From Lingula anatina (taxonomy: Eukaryota > Animalia > Brachiopoda): DNA of 64,000 nucleotides. The position numbers and the translations under genes are program-made. The first letter of the stretch is position 1, and every line of letters starts with the position of its first letter. Shown one piece after another: positions 18,101-45,602 of the stretch. The notes under the pieces were generated by a model. The model did no database searches and was not told where the DNA came from. It saw only the letters and a program-made list of their open reading frames with translations. The DNA lies in the NCBI GenBank assembly GCA_051362555.1, contig CM120640.1, positions 40,774,788-40,838,787 of the forward strand. Direction: 5' to 3'.

Positions 18101-18627
18101 CTGGCGAGAGAAGACGTCGGGCGAAGAAAAAAAAGAGCAAACAAAAAGACCAAAGAAATGAAACTAAAGTACCAGCATCAACATCGTTTAAGCCCATAGA
18201 AAACGTTAATGAGGTGGGTTCATCTCCACAAAATCCATCTGAAAACAATCTGGCCACAATCAATGCAGAACAAGAGCGGTCAGAAATTGAAAATGATGAT
18301 GATCAGTGCGCCAAAGAATATGGAGAAGAGGAAAGTCAATACCATGCCAATGAACTTAAACAACAGATCAATCAGAAAAGCACTCTGACATTTCCGTGTG
18401 AAACCAATGCAGTTCCGAAAGATGTCAAATCAAGACATAAAGGAAAGCATTTAGAATTAAGAAGCCAAATGGTGTCGACTCTTCCACAGGTTGAAAGCAC
18501 TCTTCCTTTTGACCAATCTGTGACAAATACAGAATTTTGGTTGAAAGACAGTCAGCAGTATTCAGAAAATGAAAAAGCATCTTTGCTGTCTGAAAATAAC
18601 ACAGATCAAAGTGCCATGGAAAATTAA
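15130..18627 (+). CDS. TRPV: TRPV-family cation channel, 1165 aa, intronless CDS
   Basis: Ankyrin repeats (ETPLHHAA, YAGQTALHIA, GRTVFHTL, GLTPLTLAAKLG), six TM segments, pore TLFKLALGLAD, S6 YILLVNMLIALLSET, TRP box WKLQR, long low-complexity C-tail. Acceptor ttttcag at 15114-15120 suggests a 5'UTR intron. Confidence 0.95.
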   Translation: MSNSATECPSNGIESHSISHGSQMLAEKIADHMEEINSPRSIEDMNESFNRCLSSPNPYDAVKFKNALFKAASLNDCDRLEALVELIKRKDIPITDFYREGNETPLHHAATFSNHSVMEILVTEYPDMVHEQRNKGALYAGQTALHIAVARRDLYAVKMLLSRVSLATSDQNCVSGVDDKKNTNKTKKIRNKETLLHAKVVGDEFVGTCMEAELVLAIAAWNADLQMVRELLNQGALPYKRDSKGRTVFHTLVYLASMEGPKSSGVVSESTQNAKMSSHKSNIIKETLRLISSLEKTKTAHEKLGKVTDSISDSLCEAGPSIEITDKIKEALRELSSVGHYTASKTKVIKENLSTLASMEQVTTPVENDNRDRIKETFQELLDKTDISDMPQVFASDPQKKRAYIQAYLLSLRDAQGLTPLTLAAKLGVHGLFEHIINLENTYKFLDDTDVVNDIYLYDVTDIDSAVRFNDRTSALERIPFDKPEEAFIFMELSPIREMVSAKWKEYRKYYFLWGFFHLLAMVAITLCCCFRPLDLEPQSVLNPNVSRSIGQAAFSHLTQMYSKPIDILRATFEISFGTSCFFILSFEVIYETIIHKHFPFINRILGNGTYRLTYIAFTFSTVLTFLFRLFAYHYEEIPMVAMLVSGWYFTLFFTRGFKKFSFFTVMIQKVFFGDLFRFSVVFIVLLSAFSSAMFVSFQNVPEKIPEEFADYLSTIFTLFKLALGLADIEVLSQTRRPWLTIVLFLLFVVLAYILLVNMLIALLSETCSVVAKNKTAQWKLQRLSITLLIERRLPKRLRKSCGTEKYLKVFRNPPGDGQMDDLVHQSAALAMSFLRIPAMQKRIFQRVKAAPSSSSNSYVTALNRITTDWLNRIHATNFTSRETNNMNKKTTARKHVKANGVLKKAINQVLPSYGNVSTSSPTENCLKTNNLTVSVNPTAMAISMRDNMLSTIPKLNDSLEIASVDKNIGENLKKGQQTKQEHFQKDLHETGERRRRAKKKKSKQKDQRNETKVPASTSFKPIENVNEVGSSPQNPSENNLATINAEQERSEIENDDDQCAKEYGEEESQYHANELKQQINQKSTLTFPCETNAVPKDVKSRHKGKHLELRSQMVSTLPQVESTLPFDQSVTNTEFWLKDSQQYSENEKASLLSENNTDQSAMEN

Positions 18628-21070
18628 CATAGGAAGAGAAGACTTCCTCTCTTAGGAATGAGAAAACTATGCACTAAAAAACTTTGATTGTCGAATTTGT
18701 AACATGACACTTTTTTGTAACAGCTTTGAGTGATATGGTGGATACAGGGAAATTACCAATAGGGAATGTATAATGACCCATGTATCAAAGAAGAACGACA
18801 AAATTACTTGAGATTACAATTTGAATTGTTTTTTCGAGGAGGGGGAAGAGCACCCTGAGTGTAAGAGGTCACTGAATGGACTGAAAACTCAACTCTATTT
18901 TCAACATGCCTCTAACCCACTGAGTGATGTCCCCAGTGACCTCTGAAAGCCTGGGTAGGTGAGAGATGCTTTAACCCTTTCCCTCCTGTCCTAGAACTGC
19001 CAGTCGCATGTAATCAAGAAACGTTTAAATAAATCGCTTTTATTTATATATATTTTTTGCAATGGACTCACTCCCTTCATATCTTTTTTATTTAAAAAAA
19101 AATTATATAAAAACATGGCAAGAGGATGAAACAGTACCATAACCAAGCCGAAATGATTAACATTTTTGCAAAATATAACATTTTGATTTGTTTTCTCCGA
19201 AACTCATAAAATTAAATACAGACATTCAATAGTTGAGAAACTATATACCCAAAAGGTACACAAATCTTGAGCTTTGGGACTTTATCATTATAGCAAATTA
19301 AAAAATAAAAAAACGAAAAAAAAATTTCCTGGAAATGTCAAAATTTGTCCCTTTATCAACAGAGATACAATAGGCAAACAGTTCACAAAAATGCGATCTC
19401 TAACACCATTTTTTAGTTGAGTTTCTAATTTTAGTCACTAGGCATACAAGCCAGTAAGGAGGCTGATGAATAGCCATGATTGTAAATGGAAAAATCAGAT
19501 TTATTGATTGTAATTTTTTCTTAAGGGTTTTAAGCAGAGTATACTTTGGTGATTAAAAAAAACTTCTGAAATTGAAGTGATTTTTTCTTTGCTAATGCAC
19601 ATTTTATGATTAAGACTTTTGGTTTCTATGAAAAACTTACTCAAGATTAAATGTACTTTAATAAAATTTTTTTCTATGATATTCATGAAAGGCAATAGGC
19701 AATATAATTTTGTATGTCAAAGTCTTTTGAATAACTAAAAGTTAAGCAATCCACATGGCAGCAAAGATATTTTCAAAACGAGTAAAGAAGCTGTATACCT
19801 TTTTCGAATTAGAAAAATGATGTTATCTAGAATGCTCACCCTAAAATTAATAGAGTGCAAAAACTCATGAAAAGAAAAGGAAATTTGCTTTTCATACACC
19901 AGTAAATGGTTTTAATGGCAAATTATGTTTTGAAGGTCTTCTTATATCTTATACAAGGAATTTCAATATATGCTTTGGGATTTTTATTGCAATAAAATGC
20001 TAACAAACATTTTTTTAAGGTTGTTACTTTCAACATCAGTCAAAAGAAATAAGCAACACGATCACTAACAGTAACAATTTGTGTTTTGTTATTCAAATCT
20101 AACTAACGCCACATCGTTTTTAAAGTAGAAAAAAATAAATAAAAAATCTAACCTGTTCAAATATAATTTTAAAATGGAAAAGAAAACGCACAAAGTGAAA
20201 TGAGGCTGTCTCTACCACAGGGAATGTTGAGATTTCAATGTCCTTAAATACTCAAATTCAAGGCAGGCGCGTAGGAAGCAGATCTTTTTTTTTTTTTTTT
20301 TTTTTGGGGGGGGGGGTTAACCATTTTGAAAGAAAATAATAATTAGAGATGGAGGGGGGAAGATAATGACAAAAATATGTGCCCATTGTATATTGCCTGG
20401 TTTAGCGATAACTTAGATGTGTACTTATTTGCCTGAAACTGTAGAATGACTTAAATACCCATTAGCCCCCTGCTTCCTGCGCCAAGGACTGACGTGTTTG
20501 GAAAAAGTGGGTCCTTTACTTATGTAAACACATAAAGAGTGATGGTTGGCAAATGCTAAAACATCGTTTACAACACCAAGAAAAACAATCTTTCTTACAT
20601 CAAATTCCCATATACAATCCTCTAAGCACGAAAGCCTACAGTACTCTAAACATATACACATCTAGCTGGTAAATCAACAGTTCCCATGACAACAAAAATA
20701 TCTGCAATCTATAGGATACTCCTACAAAAACCTAACATCATAATAAACATTAATTTCATGAAAATCAATTAACTTGTGATTAATTGTACTTTTAAAAATT
20801 GACCAAATTATTATAATTAATTTATATAACTATATGCTTTGTAGACTTGACATAAATTTTAGCTTATCAATAAAATGTCTTAATCAGGCAAATGTTTGCT
20901 GTGTTACAGCTAGTTGCAGTGCTCTCTCTAAATTATGTAAGAACTCAAAACATAAATTTAAGCAATTTAAGTAAATCTGTTTCTTATTTATCACAGTCCA
21001 ATTCAGGCATCAATTCAAGAACAATATTTGATATTGAAATTATTTGTTATCCTCTTGCTTCTCACAGTCT

Positions 21071-21850
21071 TCATACATATACATGCTGTTTGCGATGCAA
21101 ACTTCTCTTTGGTGCACCCTTACCCTAGAATTAAATTAATCCTTAATTTGAATACCCTGAATTTAATACAACAAAAATATCATTGGCGTTTCTTAAAAAC
21201 AGCTTCGAAATATTTGGATAGAAAGTATGTGCTATGGTTGAGCTGATGTTACATTATGGTTTTATATTGCAATAATTTTGAGGACTGGATTATCAAAATA
21301 GAAAGAGATACATTTTTTTTTTAATTATTCTAAACTTTAAAGTAAACATAGCTATAAAGCCAGCTTTTATTTACTTTTGGACCTTTTGGTTTGGGTATAA
21401 GCTTTTAATTAATTTTGGACTTTCTCATTTGTAGTCATGAATTAAGACAACTTTTCTTTTTCTATTTCCCTTTGCAATTTTATAAAAATACCACTATGAG
21501 TAACTCTACCAATCATTGTTTCAGATGTTAACTCTCATAAAGAATCAAAATTTGAAAAAAAGGCAGGAAATACCTTGGCACTTTGATGGAGAATACTAGT
21601 TAATCTGTTTCGTGTCCTACTTGTGTCCAGCTTCCTTGTTCTTATGTCTGTACCTGTAAAAAAATGAGACAAAATAAGGCCTAATTTTCACATTTAAATT
21701 TTATATTACCCAATTCTTTATTTTAGGACAATGTAAAATATGTTGTGTCAGCATATCTATAACCTATAATAATAGCTAACTGGTATATAACCAGTCTTGG
21801 TATTATATTTCACTGCTATTCCTCTACTCATAAACTTAAAATCACTTTTT

Positions 21851-21903
<53 letters not shown>

Positions 21904-23308
21904 GTTGTTTGTTTATTAATATGAAAACAAAAAATAACCCTTAAATAATGAAATGGAATATACATTTGTCAAATCAATAAAAATCAATATAGAAACATTT
22001 GCATTGCAACATGATATTGATTATTTCTGTTCAAAGTCCATTTTTTGTAAAATCGAAGTTATACCCATTTTTTCTTCTTTTCCACTTTGTGATATCTTTA
22101 CTTGTTTTTCTCTGAGGCTATGAATCTCTTCTGACATTCTACTTATGCAGTTTAATACATTTTGCCTTGCCTTAATCTAGAAAAAAAGTTTATGATTAGA
22201 GTTCAATATTATACTTTCTACTACATTTCATTCTCTTCCATAACCAAGATAGTAAAACATGCTCATATTTTATCTTTTCCCCAAAAAATCAAAGCTCATA
22301 ACATAACATGTAACATGATAAAATACACTGATATGCTCTTAAATGATTTTATAAATGAGGCATTTCAACGCATGATGATATATTAGATGATCAACCAGAA
22401 CTACTCTTATGTCTGTTTATCATCCCTAACACCAATAAAGGTTGAAAACAGGCATAGACTAATTGAAGATAGATAAAAATTTTTAGTAGAATTAAACACA
22501 TTGAGTCATTTACTGGACAGCTCAATAAAAAAATTACCATACCAATGATTAGTGGAATTGGTCTAGACAAGATCGATCACAACTGCACAAGTAAAAAAAA
22601 GATGAATCATGCAGATCTTTCTTAACAATTCATTTTTTCAAAGATCATGCTGAAATTTGAAGTAAAGAAGTATTTTCTATTAATGTATGTACATGCATCC
22701 TTGTAACAAATATGCTTTTCCCCCTTATATTAGAGTTGACTGATATACCAAACCTGTTTTTGCAAGGCAATTCTACTCTTCCGTGTTGTGCTTGACATAA
22801 TTTCACATCTTTTCTTGGCCTCTGGAGAAAGTTTGAATGTGTACATATCTGGATTCAAATTATTTTTTTGTGAGGATGTCTTCTTATCTGCTTTGGCTGT
22901 GGCACAATCTAAGCCCACAGCTGAAGTAATTAAAGTCGACTTAAGAATATTCTCTTTGTGTGAAACAATGACAGTGGGATCCACCAGCTCATCCCTAATG
23001 CTACTTGCCTCCAGATCTGGTGCAGTTTTAGCCTCCTGAGGAGAATGTTGGTATGAATCTTCTGGTAACTTTTGCGTAACATGAACAGTGTCATATGTTG
23101 GGCAGCTTTTGCATGTCCAACTTGCCTTGTTTTTTGTGTTGGTTTTGTTAGTTTTCTTAGTTCTCTGCTGTGTGTCACCCAAACGTGGTAAAGCTGGTGA
23201 GGTGTCCAATTCATCTAATATATATGGATTATGAGAAGTAGCCACATTAATTACATTGTGGCTGCTTTTTCTTGGAACTTTAAAGCCTGTTTTTGGTGTT
23301 TTAGGCAT
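21071..23308 (-). CDS. Uncharacterised basic K/S/T-rich protein (tentative model, ~237 aa)
   Basis: Main exon 22754-23334 (ATG 23308, MPKTPKTGFKVPRK...; donor after LQKQ). Candidate downstream exons 22538-22562, 21574-21653 and 21071-21124 keep phase but are speculative. Probable non-coding first exon with donor near 23932. Confidence 0.5.
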
Positions 23309-24224
23309 CTCCAAAGGACTGGTTTTATTTGGACCTATCAAGAAAAAACACTATACTAGTTGCATGTAGTACATGTAATAGAAATGAGTTTCAGTATTCA
23401 TCAATCTACCAGTATGGAATAGACCTATTTGTCTAGTTGTAGAAAGAGAAAATACTCAGGAAACCGTCCAATCATTTCATCATTTCACATAATAACTTGA
23501 TGTTAAATAAAATTTTAATGAAATACTGTGCAGCCATAATGAAGTGTCTTCAACACCATCGTCATCACTACCAGGCATATAATACAGTGTTCACTAGCCC
23601 GTATTATTATTATTATTACTATCACATTAGCCTCTACCACTCCTATTCGCGTTTTAAATATCAACAGATGAGCAAGCTGAGTAAATATTAAAATAATTAC
23701 AAATGTAAATGGGGGTGCGCTTTATTATTACAAAACAGGTACATGTAGTGCGTGTGCGTCAGCACAACTGCGACAATGCCCACCTGAGTTATACCGGCAA
23801 TCTGACAGGAAACAATTTACAGCTGCAGCAACACACACAAAAGGTGCCTATTTCATTATTTTTAACTTGATATGACGGACACTTTGCATTTATACAACTT
23901 ATCAACTCATTATATCAATCAGTCTGGCATACTTCCGTCTTCATAAGAAATAATCGTGAATACGCGAAGCTTCACATTTGCAGCCGACAGACGAGACAGA
24001 CGTCAATTGCATGATCGCTTAAAGTAATGTAAATATGTGCAAATGAAATTATTACCAGATAAGTATTATATCTTTTGACTGTTAAATTTTGTTTTAAAAT
24101 CATATTATTATTTAGAAGTTATTTATATATGTTTGTCACTTTGCTTTGATAAATGTATTGTTTTTAATTATGATGTAAGCGTCTTTAGCCTCTGTCTGGA
24201 AGTAGTCAAGACTGAAGAGCAACG

Positions 24225-24256
24225 ATGACAGCGAGCAGTCAGCTGTTCGTCAAAGA

Positions 24257-24272
<16 letters not shown>
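24225..24272 (+). promoter_or_regulatory. Overlapping uORF (MTASSQLFVKEWLVL*) of the polyamine oxidase
   Basis: acgATGa at 24225, out of frame with the main ATG at 24257; its stop TAA (24270-24272) lies inside the main CDS. Confidence 0.5.
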
Positions 24273-38358
<14,086 letters not shown>

Positions 38359-38673
38359 CGGTATTAAATATATGTAGTTACTGTCACAAAACCGTCAGAA
38401 AACTGATATATATATCCCACTGGCCTGAGAAAGTTTAAGATTTGACAACAAGTATTTTTTTTTTTTTTTTTTTTTTTTTGACAGAGCTATTGTTTAAGGA
38501 AAAGGATAGGATAGAGCTCTGCTTTTTCCTCATGATTTTATATTGTTGGTGTTTTCTTAGAAAAGACAAACAAAATAGAAAATAATCATGGCACCAGTGA
38601 AATACATGTAAGTCAAAAAAAGTTATCCAAACTTATCAGTAAAAGACCAGGCAAAATTGTATAAGTCAGCTGA

Positions 38674-38725
<52 letters not shown>

Positions 38726-41700
38726 GATAGGCTATAAACGTAACCTTTACCATTTTACCTTGCTGATTGTGATCAGTTCATCAGTAAAAAAAAAAAAAAC
38801 AAGACCATCTATTGACAAGTGATTTTCTTATCATTTTCAGGCCGCTGCTTTATAGATGCTTTCATTTTATTTTTAGCTTTTCTGCAATGAATACAGATTG
38901 AAGCAAGTGAAAATGAATGGAGATTTAATGTAGTAGCATGTCATGCACATTGTTGTTGACGTTTCTTTTTAAAACAGACAGCATTTTGCTTTTATCTGCT
39001 TATACATTGCAAAATGTTATTTGTTATTTCAATTTTTGATAAATGTCATAGGAGGCATAACTTTGCTTCAGTGAAAAGATAATCATTCAGATGCATTAAA
39101 AAAATATGAAACAATAAAGTTTAAATTTTAGGCCATTTCTGTTGTAATGATGTGACAGTCTATGTAGAGGACAAACTCTCATAGAAACATTAGAATCATT
39201 AGTGTTTTGTAGATATCAGTCTATTGGGAGCTTGCGTCTAATTTGTACCCAAGTATACATTTTTATCTACAATTTCTAGAATATTTATTGTGCTTGATTT
39301 TTCCCTCGTTTGGAAGACAGGCGTGACAAGTGTGAACCCACGTGTTAGGTAAGTGATAAATCATTCACCAGACTCGTGGTTTAGCAAAATAAAAGAAACA
39401 TGATAACAATGAGGGTCTATTACAGAAGAGAACCACAGCCTCCACTTAAACAGCTTGCTTGCAACAAACAGCTTTACAAAGATGTACGCTGACAGTATGA
39501 TATGTGAGACTTCCCAGTTTACTAGGCATAAACAGTAGGACACATGCAATTGTTAAGGAAGTTAAGTTTAGCCTGTTCATGACATTGGTATCATTGGCAA
39601 ATAATTTGGCATATTTTAGTGTGGGTTATTTTATTTTATTTTTTTAATTATTTAACATTTCCATATTTTCTTGTGATTTATTATTTGTTTCTATTTCTTT
39701 TTGAGGATCGATCATTACAAGATTGATGAAATTAAAGTTCAGTGGTTAACCTGATATGAACCATCAAAGTTCTCAAATTATCCGTCTGCACAGATATTTG
39801 CCAGTTTTCTCACCTAAAATGGGGGTTTAATTCACAGCAAATTTATAACTTTGACATATGACGGCATGATTGGATCTCTATTCAGCTTATCCATTGGTGC
39901 GGCTGCCTTCTCTCTCCCCACACAGTTAGAGCAGCGAGATTAACTAGTAGATGTGGCTAGTTTGATTAAGTCCTGTCCATCATTAGGAATCATTTGGAGA
40001 TGTAATGCAGTCTAATTTCCTGCCACGACACTGTTACCTTCTGATTATCGCAATACAAGCTGCTGTTTCCTGTGGAATAAATGACAGCAGGCATAATGCA
40101 GTCCTTGCTGCACCAAGGATACAATAATCAGGGACAATTATTTGGCTCCTTCCTGGAAAAAGAGTGAATATGGTGGTGATTATTTTTAGATCTCTGACCT
40201 ACTGGTGATTTTGACTTGGTTTTGTAGTGGTCTTGCTGTAACTAATAAAACTGGGGTATTTAACACATTCATTATGGCAGTCTTTAGTATTTCATATTGA
40301 AACAACCTATATAGAGATGTACTAATACATCAGCAGATGCTGGCTTCAGAAATTCTTTTTTTTTTTCAGATGGTGATTGATAGTATCTCCTGGTAGATTT
40401 TAGATAAAAGATTTCAGGTGCCAGTATTTGGCAACATCTCAAAGTAAATCATGCACCACATCCTTCTGATTTATTCTCATCTTCTCTCGATGCCCTACAC
40501 GTCACACATATAAAGTGGATAGCAGGTGTTTAATTTTGACCATTGGTGTCTTATTTGAAGTAATTTCCCTGTCTTCTAGCAGCACAACTTCTGCTTCTAT
40601 GTGGCAAATCATACTGTTGTTATCCTTGCTCTATAAAGAGTAATGTAGACAGTGTAGACTGGATTCCCCTGAGTTTGTACGCTGTGCAGATCAGTCAGTC
40701 TGTATTAGTTGTCAGAGTCGGATCAGAGATTGAACACAGAGATCCGAGATGCTCACAGAGCAGGTTGGTCATTACCGACAATGTTTCCCCACTGTCAGAT
40801 AATTGGTGCACTGTTTTTGACCTAAAATCTACCATGCAAATGCTGGTTACTTCCTGGGGCAAACTTTTTCTTACAAATTATCGGACATTGGGTCCTTGAT
40901 GAAAAAGAACTCTGTCATCAGGAGGTCAGTTGTTACCTCATGTAGGTTCTATGCCGTCTTTATTTTTGAAGAAGTTTCTTTGGCAGGTTAGATATAAGGC
41001 TGTTTAAGTTGAGGAGTTGTATATAACTAAAGATAATGACTGCATTTAAATTTCATGACAAGTATTTGTTGTAAGACTATGATGTACATGTAAGCATAAT
41101 TGTATTAAATGCAGCATTTATGGATTGATTTAAGATCTCATTATTTTCATATGGTTTAAAATGAGCACAAATTGAAATTGATGGAATGCTGGAGTATTAT
41201 TTGTAGAAAAAGAATTCCACCTCAGATTAATATAATATCAAACACACCGAGAATATTTTATTCAGGACGGTTTAATATGAATATGCATTTTCATATCCAC
41301 AGTTTACAGGTAATTTTTTAAAGAAGGTCAGCACTTAAAAGTATTTGCTATTATGTATGTACTATGCAATATGTTTGCTTATCAGAAAAGTAGCAGAATC
41401 CCACAGGAGGGGAATTTCCCCCTCGAATTTTTGTAGAGTCTTGAGTTATTTTATGAAGCCACCTATCAAATCCCATAGCATAATACCTCATCAAGAAGTT
41501 AACCTTTCTGTAGATTTGAATTTACTTTGCGGCATTAACTTTCTACTGTGTAGCACTAAGTTTTAACCCATCACTGGTCATTTTAGAATATGACTAACTA
41601 CTCATTCATATAGTTACCTCTGTTGCGCTGCTGTATTGGTGCAATAAGACAACATAATTTTTAGATCATAAGAATTAAGTAGAGCTCCCTGAGCTGAGTT

Positions 41701-44700
41701 CATACCCAATAGTTAGCACTGTGAACTGCACTGGTTCCTGAGGAATTAGTTCACATCTGTAAGATGGGGATGTAAATAATTGGATTGTTTGTTAAGAGGG
41801 GGTTAGCTCTTCTCTACATGTTCCTTACATGTTTCTCACAAACACCAATAGACGTTCAGCCTGGCCCCATGATGATTTGAGCTATTTAATGAAGAGGTCA
41901 AAATAGTTAATTTTCAATAGCAGTTTCATTATTAAATATGGTGATTTTCTTCCCTTAACAGAAGTGAATTGTTTTTGTTGGTGTTTGTACTAAATAGGAT
42001 TTCAGCCTGATTTGGTCATTTTTATTTGTGATAGCTTGCCCAAAATTGTAAGCTATCAGTGAAAATGACGTGCTTGCTTGTTTATTCTCCTCATGTGTAT
42101 CACACTATATGTAAGCACATTGTTCTCTGGTTGCTGTACATTACTGTGTTAATATTGTAATGCTTTTCAAATTTTTTCTCTTGAACCATCAGTGAAAGTG
42201 CATTTTAAGTTAACTGGAACATTTGACAAATGTGTGGGAATAAGATAATGGTATGATGATGGAGCAAGAAAGAGTGAAGTTCACACAGTGATTTTTGTGC
42301 TGTTCTATGTTATATGGATAACAACTATGAACTGTGTCTTAGAGTTGCATGGCAAATTTTTTTCACATAATTGTGAGGTCAACCTTGCACCATTTCACCA
42401 GTAACCCCCCATTTTGTCTCAAATTAATTATGCCATGTATAGTTTTTTTTTTACTAATTAAACCCTGTATTGAGGTGTAAATTTGTGCCGTTATGAAGAT
42501 TGAAACATTTTTGGGGTGTGTTATTGGTTACTTTTCCTATTATGTTAAAGATATATTTCCTTTGCAAAATATGAGGTTGAAATGTTGCAAATCATTGGAT
42601 GAGTTATGAATTTCTTTTATTTTATTTTTTTGCTTGATTACAATTTTAGAATTCTGTTTTTATATTTGTCGTCATTGGAAAGCAATGTCTTTCCGTTACT
42701 TGTACAGAGAGAGAAACTTCTGTGTATTGAATTGTTATGGCAATAAATAAATCAATCACTTATAGGCTTTTGCTGGTTCTTTTTATACCTGTAGTCTGTA
42801 CATGATTGTTACCAGATTCCAGAACCCCTTTTTTCTTGTGCCCCCTCATTTTTGATGGTGGGTATCAAAGTAGGGTTAGTTCTGCCCCATATAACTGAAA
42901 TATGTCTAATTAAAATTTTGTACAAAAGCATCTTTTGAGTACAAGATGATGCACAGTGAGTGATGTGGATTTCAGTCATAGGACTACTTGCTGTGCATAG
43001 GGAGATATAATTAGGTAATTCCAACATCTTCCAAAAATAGGTTTTGTTTGTAAACTCAGGTGATGCTTTCAACATTCTTTTCAACACTTGAATCAACAGT
43101 TTTAGGTTAAATATCAGAATCAAACAAGGCATAAGGAAAAATTTAGGTTATTACCAGATAAAGCATGACAAGTAGACATAGAAATGATTAGGAATCGTTT
43201 TCAGAATTCATGAATCAGCCGACATTAAGCATTGGCTTAAGAAGAGGATCAAAAATATAATTCAATGCCGTCTCGGAGAATATTTCACCCCAGTGATTTC
43301 CCTTCTGCCTTGAAGAAAAATACTGAATAAATCTCTCCTGGCAACTAGAAGAGAAATAATCACTAAACAATTCTGATATTAGATACAGACAGAAGTTGAT
43401 ATACCAGCAAAACAGTTGCACAAAAAAATACTTATGACGATGTTATAGCCATTAAGAAAGAGCACGCAGCAGACAGTTAAATTGCCTTCAAAAAGGATTC
43501 TCAGATCAATAACTGTCAAAAATAATATTACAATAAGACTTCTGATTGATTGGAGGTTTGACATCGATATGTCTGATTCACATTATGTATTTTTTTTAAA
43601 CGCGTGACAAAAAGACTGCATTTAAAAGGTTCTAGATGCAAGATACCTTATTTAATTCTCAAAAAGACTACGTGCAGACTTCATTAAATTAAATGTAACA
43701 ACATCCTCCGCCTCTCAAAAAAAAAAAAAAAGGGTGAGACTTAATCATATGCCCAAGGCTCATTTAAGGCATAACAAATAGAGTCTCTCTCTCTGTCTCC
43801 CTCTCTCTCTCTAACTACTAGAACTTGCCTTTATTCAAACAGAACACAGAAGCGGCCCACAGCTTCCACACCGAAAAACCTCGCACCGATTGCATCACCG
43901 ATAGGGGCAATTTTTGATCCGTGAAGACCGATTGTCTCCTTGATAAATTCTGTTGCGTAATTCGCAAAAACAGACCACAGTTAGTACTGTAAGGTCATTG
44001 ACACAGTAGCACAGTGGTCCGTATAAGCATTAAATCGCTGCTGTCACCCCTTGCCACCCAGGGTTTCAGAGGAGACTTGGAACTCACCTCTCAACCGCCA
44101 GCATGCCTCGGACGTTTCCAGTATTTGGAAACTGGAATTCTTTCTAGTGTACGCTGAAAACCCAGGGTGTTTCTTACTTACATTGTAAATACATGAACTC
44201 CATTATTGTTTAATAACTTGTGAGTTGGTCTTTCTCGAACAATTTGGGAGAGTTCAGCCCGTAGTCCAAATGTTAAAGAAGAGAGGAGATTTAAATAGCA
44301 CCCATATTTGTTTTGATTACATATTTGACACAAAGTGAAAATGCAATCCAAGAGTTCAAGTAAGTTATTGTGTCTGTTCAAAATTTGGTTTCCTGTGCGG
44401 GTTCGAGGTCTTTCGTTTGTAGCCAAAAGGCAAGTCTTTTCAAAATGACTTTAACATTATGACCTAGTTTGTTAAATATTTTCAGAATCCCCTTCCCCCA
44501 TTCCTGCTTCAACCAAGGACCAAAAAGATGTAGCCCATACCCCTACAAATCGTATCTCCATACTGTTAAAAACGGAATGAATGGATCGTCAGTCGTTCGC
44601 ATGATATTCTGTACAATTGCTAAATTACAAATTTATGAATGATACAAAATTCTGTTAATTCGTGAGAGTTCTATGTTCTAGCCATTCTGCATAGAAAATA

Positions 44701-45602
44701 AAAACTGTTATTTACGTTTATTCAGAATATGCCGTTTTTCACGTATGCATCAACAGCAGTGGCATTAGCCCGAGATAAAGTAAGAATTAGTGTCTGTTAA
44801 TGGCATTTTTGTTAATATTAATGAACACAACGGAACCCATAAGTGCTAACATTGCAAAAACTGTATAGCGTGAGTTCTGGATAAACGTGCAGTTTCTCGA
44901 AAATACCTAACCCTATCTTCGACACAACATTATTATCTCTTGCACCCTGCATTTTAAATGAAGCGGGTGATTCACTTTTAACAAGCAGATACTTGTGAAA
45001 GAAGACAGCCTGTAGTATGACTTGCTTCTCTTTATTTTGAAGTTTGCTTTCTTTGCGCTCTGATTTGAGTTTTTTCCTCATTTACCTCCGATTCCACTCT
45101 TAATCAGTAATCAACGGCTTTGTATTTTGATCAAGGTCAGGAAAGTGTTTGATTTCGAAAACAATATTCACATCAAATATCAATCCAGTAGGCGTCCGTC
45201 GCCTTTATTCTGGAACAAAGCCCGGGAAATGCTTACTTTCATACCAAATTACGTAAATTAGTTAAAATACTACTGAGCAATGAAGGACCGTAAGCCATCA
45301 GAATAAAGAAATGAATTAATCTTATTGTGCTTGAACACTTCAATTCCGCTTTCCGTGCCTATTCAGACCATCGACCCTGGATGATCTTTCTTGCGGTCTT
45401 TTCTTCTTTCATGAGCTAGACCCTAATTCAGACGTAATCTGTCTTGGCTGCGTACTGACTAACCCTCGTGCACCGTTCTTAGTCGCGCCGAGATTACATC
45501 ACGTCTCTTTTTACGGCAAAGAAACCAGAATAATCACCAAACAAATAACCCACTGCATGTCAATTGCAGTTGTTGAGATAGGAATCCGGTAGTCGTGTTG
45601 TA

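Noticed and set aside
18971-19990. TTAACCCTTT piggyBac-like left end
   Set aside because: No matching right TIR found; at most a truncated remnant.
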